From: Octopus vulgaris
Lineage: Eukaryota
Assembly (NCBI GenBank): GCA_951406725.2
Contig: OX597817.1
Coordinates: 18,166,001-18,230,000, forward strand
DNA: 64,000 nucleotides
Direction: 5' to 3'
The position numbers were made by a program, and so were the translations under genes. The notes beneath the pieces are model-generated. The model worked only from the letters and a program-made list of their open reading frames with translations. It searched no databases and was not told the origin of the DNA. This document shows positions 25,552 to 38,690 of this stretch, in pieces. The first letter of the stretch is position 1; every line of letters starts with the position of its first letter.

Positions 25552-27850
25552 ATTACTATGAGAAGATAGTACAATACAACCCACAGAAAACACTTAAAAA
25601 ACTTATCCTCCTTACTTCAAATACATGGGAAGGGCCTCACTAAAAAAGAAATTAACTATTCGTCCAATATTAAATACAGACCAAGTCAATTCTACGGATT
25701 ACCTAAAATATACAAAAATCCACATATTTTTAAAGCTTGCAGAGATTCTCCAAGCCTATGCATTAATGTTCCTCCCCCTACTGACCTCAAACTAAGACCC
25801 ATCATTGCTAGCCCTGCTTGTGAAACCCACTGTTTGAGCAATTTCCTCGACATCCTACTCAAACCATTTCTAAAATATGTGAAAAGCTTCATCAGAGATG
25901 ACCTAGACATGCTTAACCACCCCCCGAAGACAATAAATGAAGGAACCCTGTTAGTATCATTCGATGTGGTGAACTTGTACACCAATAATCCACACGATTA
26001 TGGTATAGAAGCAATCACCTTCTGGCTAGAAAAATACTCAGAAGCGATCCCAGAACGCATCAACCACAGATTCATAATCGCAGTACTGAAATTCATCCTC
26101 CTGAACATGTTCGATACAGTTTAGTATCGACAAAAAAATGTGGAATTGCAATGGGATCCCGAGCTGCCCCAGTGATTGCGAACCTTGTAATGGGTTACCT
26201 AGAACTTAAAATATACCAATCATCAGTACAAAAATATGACACCCCATTTCATTGCTATTGAAAGGATAACTGGAAGAGGTATTTAGATGATTGCTTTATA
26301 CTTTGGAAAGATAGCATGGACAAACTTTTCGATTTCAAAATAATGTTCAACAATATCAATAGCAACGTACAATTTACCATGGAACACAGCAATAAACAAC
26401 TCCCTTTTCTTGACGTCCTAATTAAAATAGTCAATAACCACATTGAAACGGACATCTTCTATAAACCCACAGATTCAAAACAATACCTATTATTCAGCTC
26501 ATGCCATTCCAAGCACATAAAAATTAATATACCATATAATCTAGCAAAAAGAATTTGTACCATAGTTTCGGACACCAATACTTGTGAACGAAGACTCTTT
26601 GAACTCAGATCAATACTAATCAAGAGACATTATCCAACATCATTAATAAATGATGGGATTAAACAAGCAAAGGAAATAGACATACGAACATTAAGGGAAA
26701 TCAATCGAAATACTTACACCAGACTTAAAAATACTCTCATACATCACCACACATAACTCTAGAAACAATGTTTTTGGTATAAGGTGCAATGCACTAGTAT
26801 TTGAGTACTTAAGTGTATATACAGCTCAATATGCAACTGTTTTGGTCCACCACACATGTATTTACCTATCTTTCATGTAAGCATATAGATGACTATACGC
26901 CTGCATACTAACACACCTGTATCTGTACATAACCGTGAAAATAGGTGTATGTAAATATTTACAGATATATATAGACATGTATACGCAAAAACTGTTCATC
27001 CAAAATTTACCCATTCTCATAGGAGATAAAACAATGAACAAAATTTTAGGCTTACACAAAATTATCAAGAGCAAAATGCAACCAAAATCATTGAAAAAAT
27101 ATTAACCAATGCAAGATTATATCCATTAACAACGGAACTAAAAGCGAGAAAATGCAGTCGGCCTGACTGTGGCACATGTCCCCACCTTTTAAAGGGTACA
27201 GAGTTCCACTTTAAACAAGGTGAAATATTTAAGATTAAATCAAATTTCACCTGTGCCTTGGAAAACCTAACCTACGTCATTACCTGCTTATGGCGCGGTA
27301 ATCAATATATTGGCCAAACAGGAATATCACTCCGTTGAAGAACCACTCTTCACAAAGAATAAGTCCGCCACCCACAATACAGACAGATACAGGTTAGTGA
27401 ACACATAGAAAGGTGTGCTATGAACATTAATCCTAACTTCCTAATTTTCCTCTTCTATCAATGTTCACAGTACAGCAAATAATGAATAAAGAGGCAACTT
27501 TCATCAATAAATATCACCCACAACTTAATATGAACACATAACATAATATAGAACACTACTAACCATACCAATAATATCACTAACTCCCATACATCCCATA
27601 CACCATTCATATTACAGTATTATATCTACCCCAATTACACCACGTCCAGTAATACTTACCTCCCTTACACAATCTTTTTACTCAGGAACTAATAGACCCG
27701 ATACCATTTGGAAATCGGTGCTCATTCAAAGCCAGTGAAGAGCGTTTGACGATACCAGTATGACTTTGAATCTCTTTAACGATTCAAAATAATGACTTTT
27801 ATTCCTCTTAATTCTACCTCAGTTCATCTAATAGTACATAGTTTTCGTTA
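25552..27850 (+). mobile_element. Penelope-like retroelement, near-complete RT and GIY-YIG, pseudogenised
   Basis: FYGLPKIYK, LRPIIAS, SFDVVNLYTN, GIAMGS, KRYLDDCF, LPFLDVLI, YKPT, CSRPDCGTC, YVITC..YIGQT. Contains stops, frameshifts and a foreign insert at about 26771-26997. Confidence 0.92.
27724..27771 (+). ncRNA. Degenerate hammerhead in the PLE 3' region
   Basis: attcaaagcca GTGAAGA gcgtttgac GATA ccag TA tgactttgaat. Stem I pairs at 10 of 11 bp; the core is mutated. Confidence 0.55.
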
Positions 27851-27968
27851 CTTTTCATAAAAAGGCCTTTATTCTTTTGACATCCAATGTGCATTTTCGC
27901 TTTTTTCTTCTTACTTTCCCCATATCTTTTCCATGTGTAGTTTCTATTTTCTTCTTGAAACACATTTC

Positions 27969-28038
<70 letters not shown>

Positions 28039-29030
28039 CAAAATGGGACAAGAACGCAAAACATCCGGACAACTAGGTGATACAAAAAGGGACAACAAAA
28101 CATCCAGATAGACGATACAAAAAGACAAGGACGGGTCATTCGAAGCTTCCTATCCTCAGTCAAGAACCGGATCATCCTCGCAATTTCGCCTGATTAATCT
28201 TGAGATTGCTCAAATCTGGCCAGCCCCAATAATAACCCGAACTATCAACAGATAAGACTAATGCACCTAAACAAAAAAGAAAAATTCAAATTCTCTCAGT
28301 TAAGTAACTAGAATTTAAATATATTGATTTGGATACTTACTAATTTATGTATTTTAATTTTTTGTTTCTATTTTTTTAATTTTTATTCTTTTGGCAAGTA
28401 AGTAGGCATAGGAGCCAGCTTCTAAAAAGCAAATCTAAATTCCAATAAGGGTGAATAATAATATGACCTAGTTTTTCAGGACTACTACTAACCATTGTCC
28501 ACTGTGGTCGTAGTTTTACCTCTAGCTATTTTTTAGAATGAAATACAAAGACACACATGCTCACCCCCCCACACAAGTTGCTCTTTCAGTATGTAATAAA
28601 CTCTCCATCCTTCAGGATGTAAATGAATTTATGTCAATTTTTGCCTTGAAGAGATTTTTACCTTTTAAATAAATAATGCAATTTAATTGTAGAATATGAA
28701 TGAAGGTAGGAATTGAAACGTGCATAGGTAACATGAAACTGACTTCCATTATGTAAACAAATTGATTTTCTGTGTTCAAACTCCCAATTTCTTTATATTA
28801 TATTATTAAAATTCTGTTCTCCTATATCGGATAAATGAAAACCTCTATAACGACCACTGGAACTTCATAAGTGTTAAGCACTGATGTCGAAGAATAACCA
28901 TCAATAAACATCAATACTAACACAAACTTACAAATTCCAGAAAGATTGATCGATATGGAGCTAAACCTGTGTATGCTTGGATCAAATGCATCCCTGTCGA
29001 AAGGGCAACCTCTTCCTATTCGAAACCCCA

Positions 29031-29115
<85 letters not shown>

Positions 29116-29153
29116 GTCTGTCTGCCTGCCTGCCTGTCTGTCTGTCTGTCTGC

Positions 29154-29216
<63 letters not shown>

Positions 29217-29222
29217 CCTATC
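29031..29222. repeat. (TCTA)n/(TCTG)n compound microsatellite
   Basis: Direct reading. Confidence 0.95.
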
Positions 29223-29306
29223 TAAACATCTGCACACACACATATATAAACATATATATAGTTGGGGGGCACTACTTTTGTATGTATGTATGTATTTATG
29301 TATGTA

Positions 29307-29418
<112 letters not shown>

Positions 29419-29487
29419 TACATATAGTGCTCAAGAACACAACGCACCACCCAGTCCAGGAAGTGAAACCACGATTATATATATATA

Positions 29488-30203
29488 CAAAATAATGGAA
29501 ACATCTTAAAATTTCAAACAAATTTATTTTAATATGGGGTAGGATCACCTTTGGCATTCCAAAGTAATTTTTTTCCATTCTTCAGCTAAAACACTCTCCA
29601 ATTCTTGTAGTGATGATGGTGGAGGATATCGACTCCTTTCTAGTCTTTCTAAAATGCACCATAAGTGTTCACTAATATTGAGATCTGAGGGCTGTGGTGA
29701 CCAGATAAGATATTCAACTTCACTAGAATGTTCCTCGTGCCCTTCACTATCAACTTTAGCTGTGTGAATTATCCTGAAAGATTGCGTTTCTCTCCGGAGA
29801 CAGTTCCGCAACCATAAGATGAATTTGATCAGATAAAATGCTTAAATAGTCTTGATTATTAATTCTGCCATGAAGGTAAACCAATGAACCGGCGGATTTC
29901 CAAGATATAGCCACCCTCTGGTCACCACAGAACCTTCTGTATGTTTAACAGTTGGAAGAAGGCAGTCTCGGTCAAATGCTTCTTTTGGCTGTCTCCACAC
30001 GTATATTCGGCCGGTGATCGGAAAAAAAGGTAAAGGACGACTCGTCCGAGAAAATAACATTCCTCCACTGCTCTAGTAACCAATTTTGTAGGTTTTTACT
30101 CCACTCTAAACGCTTTGCAACGTTTGTTTTTGAAAGTAGTGGTTTTCTGATTGTAGCACTCCCGTGAAATCGGGCTTTGTGCAGCTCCCGGCGAACATTT
30201 TTT
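29488..30203 (-). mobile_element. Tc1-family transposon, 3' half (catalytic domain and truncated right TIR)
   Basis: VRRELHKARFHG..IRKPLLSKTNVAKRLEW..VIFSDESSF, LLPTVKH, WSPQPSDLNISEHLW. TIR remnant caaaataatggaaa. Confidence 0.9.
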
Positions 30204-30474
30204 GCGTATACATGTCTATATATATCTGTAAATATGTACATACACCTATTTTCACGGTTATGTACAGATACAGGTGTGCTAGTATGCAGGCGCATAGTCA
30301 TCTATATGCTTACATGAAAGATAGGTGAATACATATGTAGTGGACCAAAACAGTTGCATATTGAGCTGTATATATACAAGTACTCAAATACTAGTGCATT
30401 GCACCTTATACCAGAAATACCTGTAAGCTTGTGAAGTTCACGACATACTATCTTATTCCCTTATCATTTTAATT

Positions 30475-30512
<38 letters not shown>

Positions 30513-30669
30513 AGGACTCTCCCGTCGAAGATGACGTATGATTGTTAAGATTTTGCCGAACGACTTGCGGAAATGATTTGTTTATAATAATCAAATGCAT
30601 GTACTGTACATTAGCTTACTCCCTCCATCAAATCAACGTTACCTGAACAGGTGCACATTGTGTGTGTGT

Positions 30670-30875
30670 GTGTGTGTTGCTCCCCCCACCACCATCGACT
30701 GACAACTGATTCTGGTAGGTTTATGTCCACGCAACTTAATGGTTCAGCAAAAGAGACCGATAGAATGAGTGCAAGGCTTACAGAGAATAAGTCCTGGGTC
30801 GATTTTTCGATTAAAGGCGATGCTCCAGCATGGCTGCAGTCAAATGACTGAAACAATTAAAAGAATAAAAAATAA
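30670..30875 (+). mobile_element. SINE-B 3' part
   Basis: aaaagagaccgatagaat..gcttacagagaataagtcctggg..gctccagcatggc. Confidence 0.8.
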
Positions 30876-30967
30876 AAGTATATATATATATATATATATA
30901 ATCGACTTAATCCCTTTGTCTGTCCTTGTTTGTCCCCTCTATGTTTAGCCCCTTGTGGGTAGTAAAG

Positions 30968-31015
<48 letters not shown>

Positions 31016-31202
31016 GTATGTAGTTCCCAGCAACTATATATATGATTATATATGTGAGTGTATATATATATATATATATATATACATACACACAAATATA
31101 TACATACATATGCACATATATGTATATATATATGTATATGTATGTATATATATATGTGTGTGTGTGTGTGTGTATGTATATATATATATGTGTATGTATA
31201 TA

Positions 31203-31664
31203 CGGGGGTTGGACAAAATAATGGAAATACCTAGTATCATAGCATCATAATTTTGAAATATCTATACAATCTTCAAAAGCCTGTTTATTTTTATGTTTTT
31301 TGATTTATTATGAGTGTTGCTTAATATGTTTTGTTAAAATTGCTGTTTCTTTTCAGATATCATCAGAAAAAGGTAACTAAAATTCATTAAAATGACAGAT
31401 CTATCAAAGAGGTCAAATTGTTGGTGCTCGCATGGCAGGCGCTAGCGTAACGAAAACAGCCGAAATGTTTGGTGTATCAAGAAGTACTGTCTCAAAAGTA
31501 ATGACAGCCTTTGAGAAAGAGGGAAAAACCTCCTCGTCGAAACAAAACTCTGGAAAAAACCAAAACCTTCAGATAGGGATCGTCGGACTCTTACGTGAAT
31601 TGTTAGAAAGGATCACAAAAGTAGAGCTCCCAAAATTACTGCAGAGTTTAATGACCACCTCGAG
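31203..31664 (+). mobile_element. Tc1-family transposon, 5' half (left TIR and paired-like DNA-binding domain)
   Basis: TA followed by cgggggttggacaaaataatggaaa. MAGASVTKTAEMFGVSRSTVSKV..NSG, frameshift, then KPKPSDRDRR..ITAEFNDHLE. Confidence 0.9.
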
Positions 31665-31811
31665 GTAATGCAGACGTTAAGTATATTTAATGTGTGTCTG
31701 CGATATACCATACCAAGGCAAATGTTCACCAACTATACTTAAAAAGTCACTTCATGCATATGTTGTATAAAGAACACAAAGTAAGTATTATTTGTTTGGT
31801 ATTTATGTGTG

Positions 31812-31935
31812 TTATGGTTGTATGGTTGTATGTATATATATATATATGGTTGTATGGTTGTATGTATATATATATATATGGTTGTATGGTTGTATGTATA
31901 TATATATATATGGTTGTATGGTTGTATGTATATAT
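31812..31935. repeat. Compound tandem repeat (tatggttg)2 + tatg(ta)n, about 4 copies
   Basis: Direct reading. Confidence 0.85.
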
Positions 31936-32109
31936 GTGTGCGTGTATGCATTTACTTCTTTCTTTATTAGAATTCTTCCAAGAAGAAGGCGGCTGATTGA
32001 AGCAGAGCAGTTTTAGTTTTGGTAATTGTTTTATCAACCTCCGTTCCTTTACTGGAGGAATGGACTGTTCCATGTCCTTTGCAGTCTCCTTTAAACTAGT
32101 GAAATATAT

Positions 32110-32560
32110 ACCATTACTGTTCCTCTTGAGCGGTAACGCCTTGGGGAAAGGCATCAGTAGGGAGGGAATTCTTGCGGTCCACATTTCTAGGAAAGTCGAA
32201 CTGGGCGTAGCTATTAAGTCAAGGTTTGGACGTAACAAGGTAGACATTACGAAGTGATGATGGGAGGAGGAGAAACGAGTGACTTGAGAATGCCTCAGTG
32301 GAGGCGGCATGAGACCAGCCATATCGGAGGAGCAGAGGCCATTATAGTAGTGGTAAAAGAACCGCCGAGGTCGACTTTGCCTTTCATCCTTTCGGGGTCG
32401 ATAAATTAAGTACCAGTTACGCACTGGGGTCGATGTAATCGACTTAATCTCCTTGTCTGTCCTCTTTGTGTTTAGCCCCTTGTGGGTAGTAAAGAAATAG
32501 GTAAAAGAACCAGAGAAAGGTGACTGTCTGGGTCAGAAGCCGAAGTCTGCCTGGGAATGA
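32110..32560 (-). mobile_element. CR1/Jockey-group LINE 3' fragment interrupted by SINE-A
   Basis: FYHYYNGLCSSDMAGLMPPPLRHSQVTRFS resembles the post-RT C-terminus of these LINEs. Confidence 0.6.
32362..32500 (+). mobile_element. 5'-truncated SINE-A
   Basis: 12-bp TSD ggtaaaagaacc (32352-32363 / 32500-32511). Confidence 0.9.
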
Positions 32561-33461
32561 TTTTATACCAAGTCAAAATGTCAAAAGCAGAAAAAAAAAA
32601 ACAAAACAAATATCGAGATCTGAAATTGCAACGCTGAGCAAAACCCCTAAAATATTGCAAGATTTGCAGTCTGATATTTTATTGTTTCTGCAAAACTTAT
32701 TGTAAACTGCTGATGCTACTAATGATAAACGAGATAAAATTGTTTGTAAAATATAAAGAAGATTAAAAGCTTATTTTAATACTTGCAATATTATCAATAT
32801 TCTTAATATACCTTCGATGTGCATGTATTTATACAATGCATCATTAAGGAAAGGTTTACTTGGCATGTTGGGGTTAATAGGTGGGTGGTGGCATCTAAGT
32901 ATTCCCCACCCTATGTAAAATTTTACTTGTTATAGAATAAATTCCATTCCTACGAATTACAATCATTTGCTCATTGAAGCAGAAGTTGTGTCTGATTCCA
33001 GTAAGAATATGTACTGCACAGTTGGAGTTGGCTAGGCTACAAGCTGGTTTACCGTTTATATCGTGTCTTCGATATATACGTTAGCATTAGTAATAATGAC
33101 ATGTGATTAGATTTTCCCGGGATATCTAACATCTCCGAATCTTCAACAACATTTTCTGACGGTGGTTGCCAACGGAGCGTGCCTGTCTACAGCAGTAAAA
33201 AGACCAATTACGACCATTATCTCTGCTCTGACATATTCTACAAGTGATTGCCAAGGATTTATATGTGATTCACATCAAGGTAAATCGGATTTTCTAATTA
33301 AAAGTTGTCTTCCCATAGGAAACAAACTTAGTTGGATATTTTATAGCTTCCCGTGGTGGAACAAGCAGAGTATAAAAATCAAATACTGTAACAAGTTCAC
33401 TAATGTACACACAACCTTTCCCACACAGAACCGCTCTTTCATATATATAGATATGCAAGTT

Positions 33462-33503
<42 letters not shown>

Positions 33504-34310
33504 TACCCAAATTACGAACATATACATCACTGTATATTTCTGTATATTTACGTACGCCTGTCCACGCGCGCTTACAAAATTCTTTTACACAATCATATAT
33601 GTGTGTGTGTGTAAATTATATACTTACATATGTTCCTTATGTATATATATATATATATTTATATAATGCATATGTATGAATGTATGTGGATGTATGAAAC
33701 CAAGTGCATGTATATACATACATAAATACACACACGTTTGTATCTGTGTATGTGTATATATAGAGAGAGTGAAAGAGAGAGAGAGAGGGAGAGGGGAAGG
33801 CGGAGGAGGAGAGATAGCTATATACAATTAGATGTGCGTACATACACACAACTTATTAATATACACGAAGATCAGAAAAGTGGAACTGATTTTGGAAAAT
33901 AGACGCATCTTCATTAATATCAAATATGATTGGATGATTCTTCAAACTTATAAATAATTTCCACGTTAACCGAATCAACTTAACACTGAATTCTATACTT
34001 TCTGTTGTGAGTTCCGATCTCGTTGGTTTCAACTTTAATTTGATGCAACAAAATAAACCGAGTACGTGACTTATTAAGATCGATTGAAGAGCTCATGCTT
34101 CTAACCTGGAAAAATCGATCTTTTGTAGTCTAAATTGTTGTAATGATTGTATCAAAATCAGCCTCAATTTAGACCCAAATCTTGAAGAGACACAACTAAA
34201 AACTGAAAGGAATTATGTCTGGAGCTCTAATGGTTATACCAACAATATTTCTTGAATAATTATTTCTACTATCGCCAGAAAGTCTAAAATTTTGGAGGAA
34301 GGAGCTAGTC

Positions 34311-34529
34311 CAGTGCTTTTCAAACTTTTTACTGGAGCGGAACCCCAAGGAAACATTCCACTGGCTCGAGGAACCCCTGTGCAATAATTTAATAGTCTTA
34401 TGCACACATATCTGCACAGGAGACTTAAAAATTACTGTCGATTTTAGCAGTTTTGTAACTTCTTGCGGAACCCCTGCACTGTACTGGCGGAACCCTAAGG
34501 TTCCGTGGAACCCTCGTTGAAAACCACTG
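34311..34529. mobile_element. hAT (Buster-type) MITE, 219 bp, inserted in an old SINE
   Basis: TIR cagtgcttttcaa / ttgaaaaccactg. Perfect 8-bp TSD agcTAgtc. Subterminal ggaaccc repeats. Confidence 0.9.
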
Positions 34530-35421
34530 AGCTAGTCAATTACATCGACTCCAGTACTCACCAGGTACTTATTTTATTGAACCCCGAAAAGACGAGAAGT
34601 GAAGTCGACCTCGGTAGAATTCGAACTTATAACGTAAAGACGAACGATGAAAGGCAAAGTTGATCCCGTCGACATTTGAACTCAGGAAGTAATGTCGGAA
34701 GAAATGCTGCTAAGCATTTTTTCCGGTGTGGTAACGATTCCATAGGTAACGATTCGTAGGTTTGAATATTAATGATAACAGTTTGATGGCTCAAGTCCGC
34801 ATGTTTTTGAGGCTAAGATTGTCGACGGTTAAATCTTCTAGGACGAAGGACAAACGACAAGTCAATCCTGTTTTCCATCTTTTAAACGTGGAACAAAGAA
34901 ACCCGACCAAAAAACCGCAAACCATTTGATCCTCGTCTCCACAGATTTTAATGTCATTAACTTCAATTTATTCCCTCCTTAAACTATTCTCATATCTTTA
35001 CCGTCACCATATGGTTTCCCCACTTAACCATTTTGTCTTCCCCTTCAACGACTCTCAAACAACCCATCACAATTTTGTCCTCCCTTTTACCGACACTCAC
35101 ACCACCACCTTCACCATTTTGTACTCCCTTTCACCGACTCCCAATCCACCACTCTCACCATTTTATCCCCACCCCTACCTTCACCATAGTAATTTTAATT
35201 ATAGGCACAAACAATATCACAAATTTTATGGGAGGGGAGTTGCATTTAATCCTTCCCATTGCTTGATAGGCCTCTATTTCAATCACCTTCGAGGGATCAA
35301 AGGTAATTTCATCTCTAGGCTGACTCGCCTATGTTGGAAATTCATATTTGTTAAAGTATTATTCTTTATATCGACAGGAGAGACAGCTAGTAAGATTTAC
35401 GGATAGACCGGTAAGTTACCA

Positions 35422-35842
35422 GGAAGACAGATAGAGAGAGAGAGAAAGCAAGAGAGAGTGAGAGAGAGAGAAAAGAGAGAGAAAGGGAGAGAAAGAAAGA
35501 GAGAGAGGAAGAGAGAGAGCAAGAGAGAGTGAAAGTGTGAGAGAGAAAAGAGAGTGAGAGAAAGGGAGAGAAAGAAAAAGAGAGAGAAAGAGGGAAAGAA
35601 AGAGAGAGAGAAAGAAAGAGGTAGAGAAAGAGAGAGAGAGCAAGAGAGAGTGAAAGTGTGAGAGAGAAAAGAGAGAGAGAAAGAAAAAGAGGGAGAAAGA
35701 GGGAAAGAAAGAGAGAGAGAGAGAGAAAGAAAGAGGGAGAGAGAGAGAGAGAAAGAAAGAAAGAGAGCGAGAGCGAGGGAGAGCAAGAAAGAGTGAGAGA
35801 GAAAAGAGAGAGAAAGAGAGAGAAAGAAAGAGGGAGAGAAAA

Positions 35843-35900
<58 letters not shown>
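35422..35900. repeat. GA-rich polypurine tract with internal duplications
   Basis: Direct reading; 'caagagagagtgaaagtgtgagagagaaaagagag' occurs twice. Confidence 0.95.
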
Positions 35901-36600
35901 TAGGGTTATGAAAAGGATTTTATGGCATTTTAAGTGAAAAATGGATAATGTTAATGTTCATGGATGGGAGGAGAATATGTTGTATTCTGGGTGAAACATT
36001 TCTTGGGATAATGAAGAGTGACAGTTTCTAAGAGGAAATAACATAGGGTGTTCCTTTTTTCTCTTTCATCTTTTCACATTAACTCTACGTTTGCTCCACC
36101 TACTTTCTCTCCTCTTTTTAAAATTTTATTTGTCTTTCTCTTTAAATTTTACCTTTAACTATTTGCTGACATTAACTATTGACACGATTTTCATTCTTTC
36201 TTGCAATTCTTCACTTTTTTACGTTTCTATCTCCTCTTCTTCGCTCTTTCACCGTTCTTACCCACTTGTAGTATTATTTTATCCCTCTTCTCTCTGTTTC
36301 TCCCTTGTATTTCATCTCCTTATTTTATTTCTCCTTAGAGACTATCGCCTCAGTTTCCGAAGAAATGCTTGACTCGAAACAACAGTTCTGCTCTCCCCGC
36401 AAAGAACTAAATGTTATCAATTTATTGGGTTGGTTTCAACTAACACAGAGCACAAATTGGCATGCCATCTAGTTTTTAAAGTTTTCTTTATTTTGTGTTG
36501 TGTAGTTTCTAGATACCTCAATATACTAATATCAAAATCAAGAATAAGATAAACTCTATACGATAAACTTTGCTTCTCATTGCACCTGAGTTGACTAACA

Positions 36601-36671
<71 letters not shown>

Positions 36672-36755
36672 TCCACTTTGTTATATATATATTTATATAT
36701 ATATATATATTTATATATACATATACATACACACATATGTATGTATATGTATATA

Positions 36756-36831
36756 AACCACCCGCTTATGTGTGTATGTGTACATACACACATATGTATG
36801 TATGTACACATACACACATAAGCGGGTGGTT
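36756..36831. repeat. Short palindrome, arms of about 33 bp
   Basis: aaccacccgcttatgtgtgtatgtgtacatac and its reverse complement. Confidence 0.9.
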
Positions 36832-37779
36832 ACTCAGTCAATTATATCCTTCCACTACAGAACTAACCTTGTGCAGTGTCTAAAAAAGACAAAAAAAAAA
36901 AATAATGAAGAAAGAAACAAACATTATTATTATCAGAATGACTGAAATCAAGTGTGCTTTTCGATATAATTTCACAGCATGAAAGAACATAATACCGAAT
37001 TTTTACAGCGCAAGAATCACACACGTTAGTAAGGAATAGGCATTTTCTTTCTTTTCTCTTATGTTTCAAATCAAAATGACATCAAACGTAAACCGCTTCA
37101 TAGAAGAAACGGAAATGACTTCATTAAGCGAAAATAATGTTTTTAAATAGAAAATAATAGTAGCGGTCATGACAAATAGGGATTGTGCTAGCAATAATAA
37201 TAATAATAATTTTAACGACAACAGAAGTAGTCATAGCAACAGATTTACTTCTTAGTAACAGGTCATGGAAGCAAGACAAGAGAGAGAGAGAGAGAGAGAT
37301 GGAAGGTGGATGGGCTGGAAGAAAGCAAACAGCGATGGAAGTCCATTTTTTTTTTAAAGAAAACCTGAGAGAAAAGTAGCTGATGTATGACAACATTCAA
37401 TGTAATACTTTTATATTTGTGCTGATGAAAAACCAAAAACAAAATGGACGTCGCAGTGACTGATGACGGGGAGAAATATATTTTACTTCGGGCGACCAAA
37501 CAGACATGGCAAATTTGAAGTCAGTTTTGCTCAAAGTGATGTCTTAACAATAGGTCTCTGACCTATCCCCAAACCCAATCAGTAAAGTAAGCATTCGATT
37601 TTTGCCAAACGTACCTTTACACATGACATTACAATCAAGTGTTGCACTATATAACGTAAACATCTATCACACCGTCTACTCTATCAAGTTTTCCTGCGGT
37701 CCATATATTGGATGTTACAAACTACACCGAAAATTTCTTCCTGATTTTTTGCCACTTTGAGACTCAAACCACGGATAGG

Positions 37780-38119
37780 GTAAAGGGTAAAGACACCATT
37801 CGGTATGAATGACCATGGGATTGCACTTAGAAAGTTCTTCTCCGAGGTACAAGTCCGGGCAACGTTGTTAATGGAAGATTAGCAGTTGCCCATGCATACT
37901 TGCCTCCCCTCTTCCCGCCACTGATGTTATCCAAGGGAAAGGCAAAGAGTGATACAGCTTGGAACCAGTGATGTCGCAGCTAATTTCTACAGCTGAGTGA
38001 ACTGGAGCAGCATAAAATAAAGTGTCTTGCTCAAGAACACAATAAACAGCCAGGTCCGGGAATTGAACTCACTACCTCATGATTGTGAGCACGACTCTCT
38101 AACCACTGAGCCGCGCGTC
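37780..38119 (-). mobile_element. SINE-D (SINE-C-like head, different 3' half)
   Basis: Head gcgcggctcagtggttagag..gagttcaattccc, gttcttgagcaagacactttatt, (cttta cc)n-like tail. Confidence 0.8.
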
Positions 38120-38177
38120 TCTACGGATAGTGTGACGTTTATGTGTATAAACCAGTGTTAAATTGTCCTTTCAGCTT

Positions 38178-38411
38178 CTTATTTATTTATTACCCACAAT
38201 GGGGCTAAACACAGAGGGGAAAAACAAGGACAGACAAAGAGATTAAATCGATTACATCGACACCAGTGTGTAACTGGTACTTAATTTATCGACCCAGAAA
38301 GGATGAAAAGCAAAGTCGACCTCGGCGGAATTTGAACTCAGAACGTAACGGCAGACGAAATACTGCTAAGCATTTCGCCCGGCGTGCTAATGTTTCTGCC
38401 AGCTCGCCGCC
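38178..38411 (-). mobile_element. SINE-A, full-length
   Basis: TSD tgtcctttcag(c/t)ttct. Confidence 0.9.
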
Positions 38412-38469
38412 TTCATGTCCTTTCAGTTTCTGAATATTAAATAATTTAATTTTGTTGTAATAATAATAA

Positions 38470-38690
38470 TTCTTTCTAATTTTGGCCCAAGGCCAGCAAT
38501 TTTGAGGGGCGGGGAAAGTTGATTACATCTATCCAAATACTCGACTAGTTCTTATTTTATCGATCTGGAAAGGATAGAAGGGGGGGGGGAATCGACCTCG
38601 GCGGTATTTGAACTCTGCACGTAACGAGTCGGAAGAAATGCAGCTAAACATTTTGCCTGACGCACTGAGGGTTCTTCCAGTTCACCGGCT
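38470..38690 (-). mobile_element. Older SINE-A-related copy
   Basis: tcgacctcggcggtatttgaactc plus the older-type 3' end. Confidence 0.7.

Noticed and set aside
28130-28230. Hammerhead on the minus strand (CUGAGGA and GAAA present)
   Set aside because: Stems around the core could not be formed convincingly.
31747-32424. 225-aa ORF
   Set aside because: Chimeric read-through of a SINE, a LINE relic and a microsatellite.
33162-33614. 150-aa ORF
   Set aside because: GTG start, runs through (TA)n, no recognisable domain or splice support.
34951-35406. 151-aa ORF
   Set aside because: Low-complexity C/A/T-rich DNA with a local duplication and a SINE relic; no domain.
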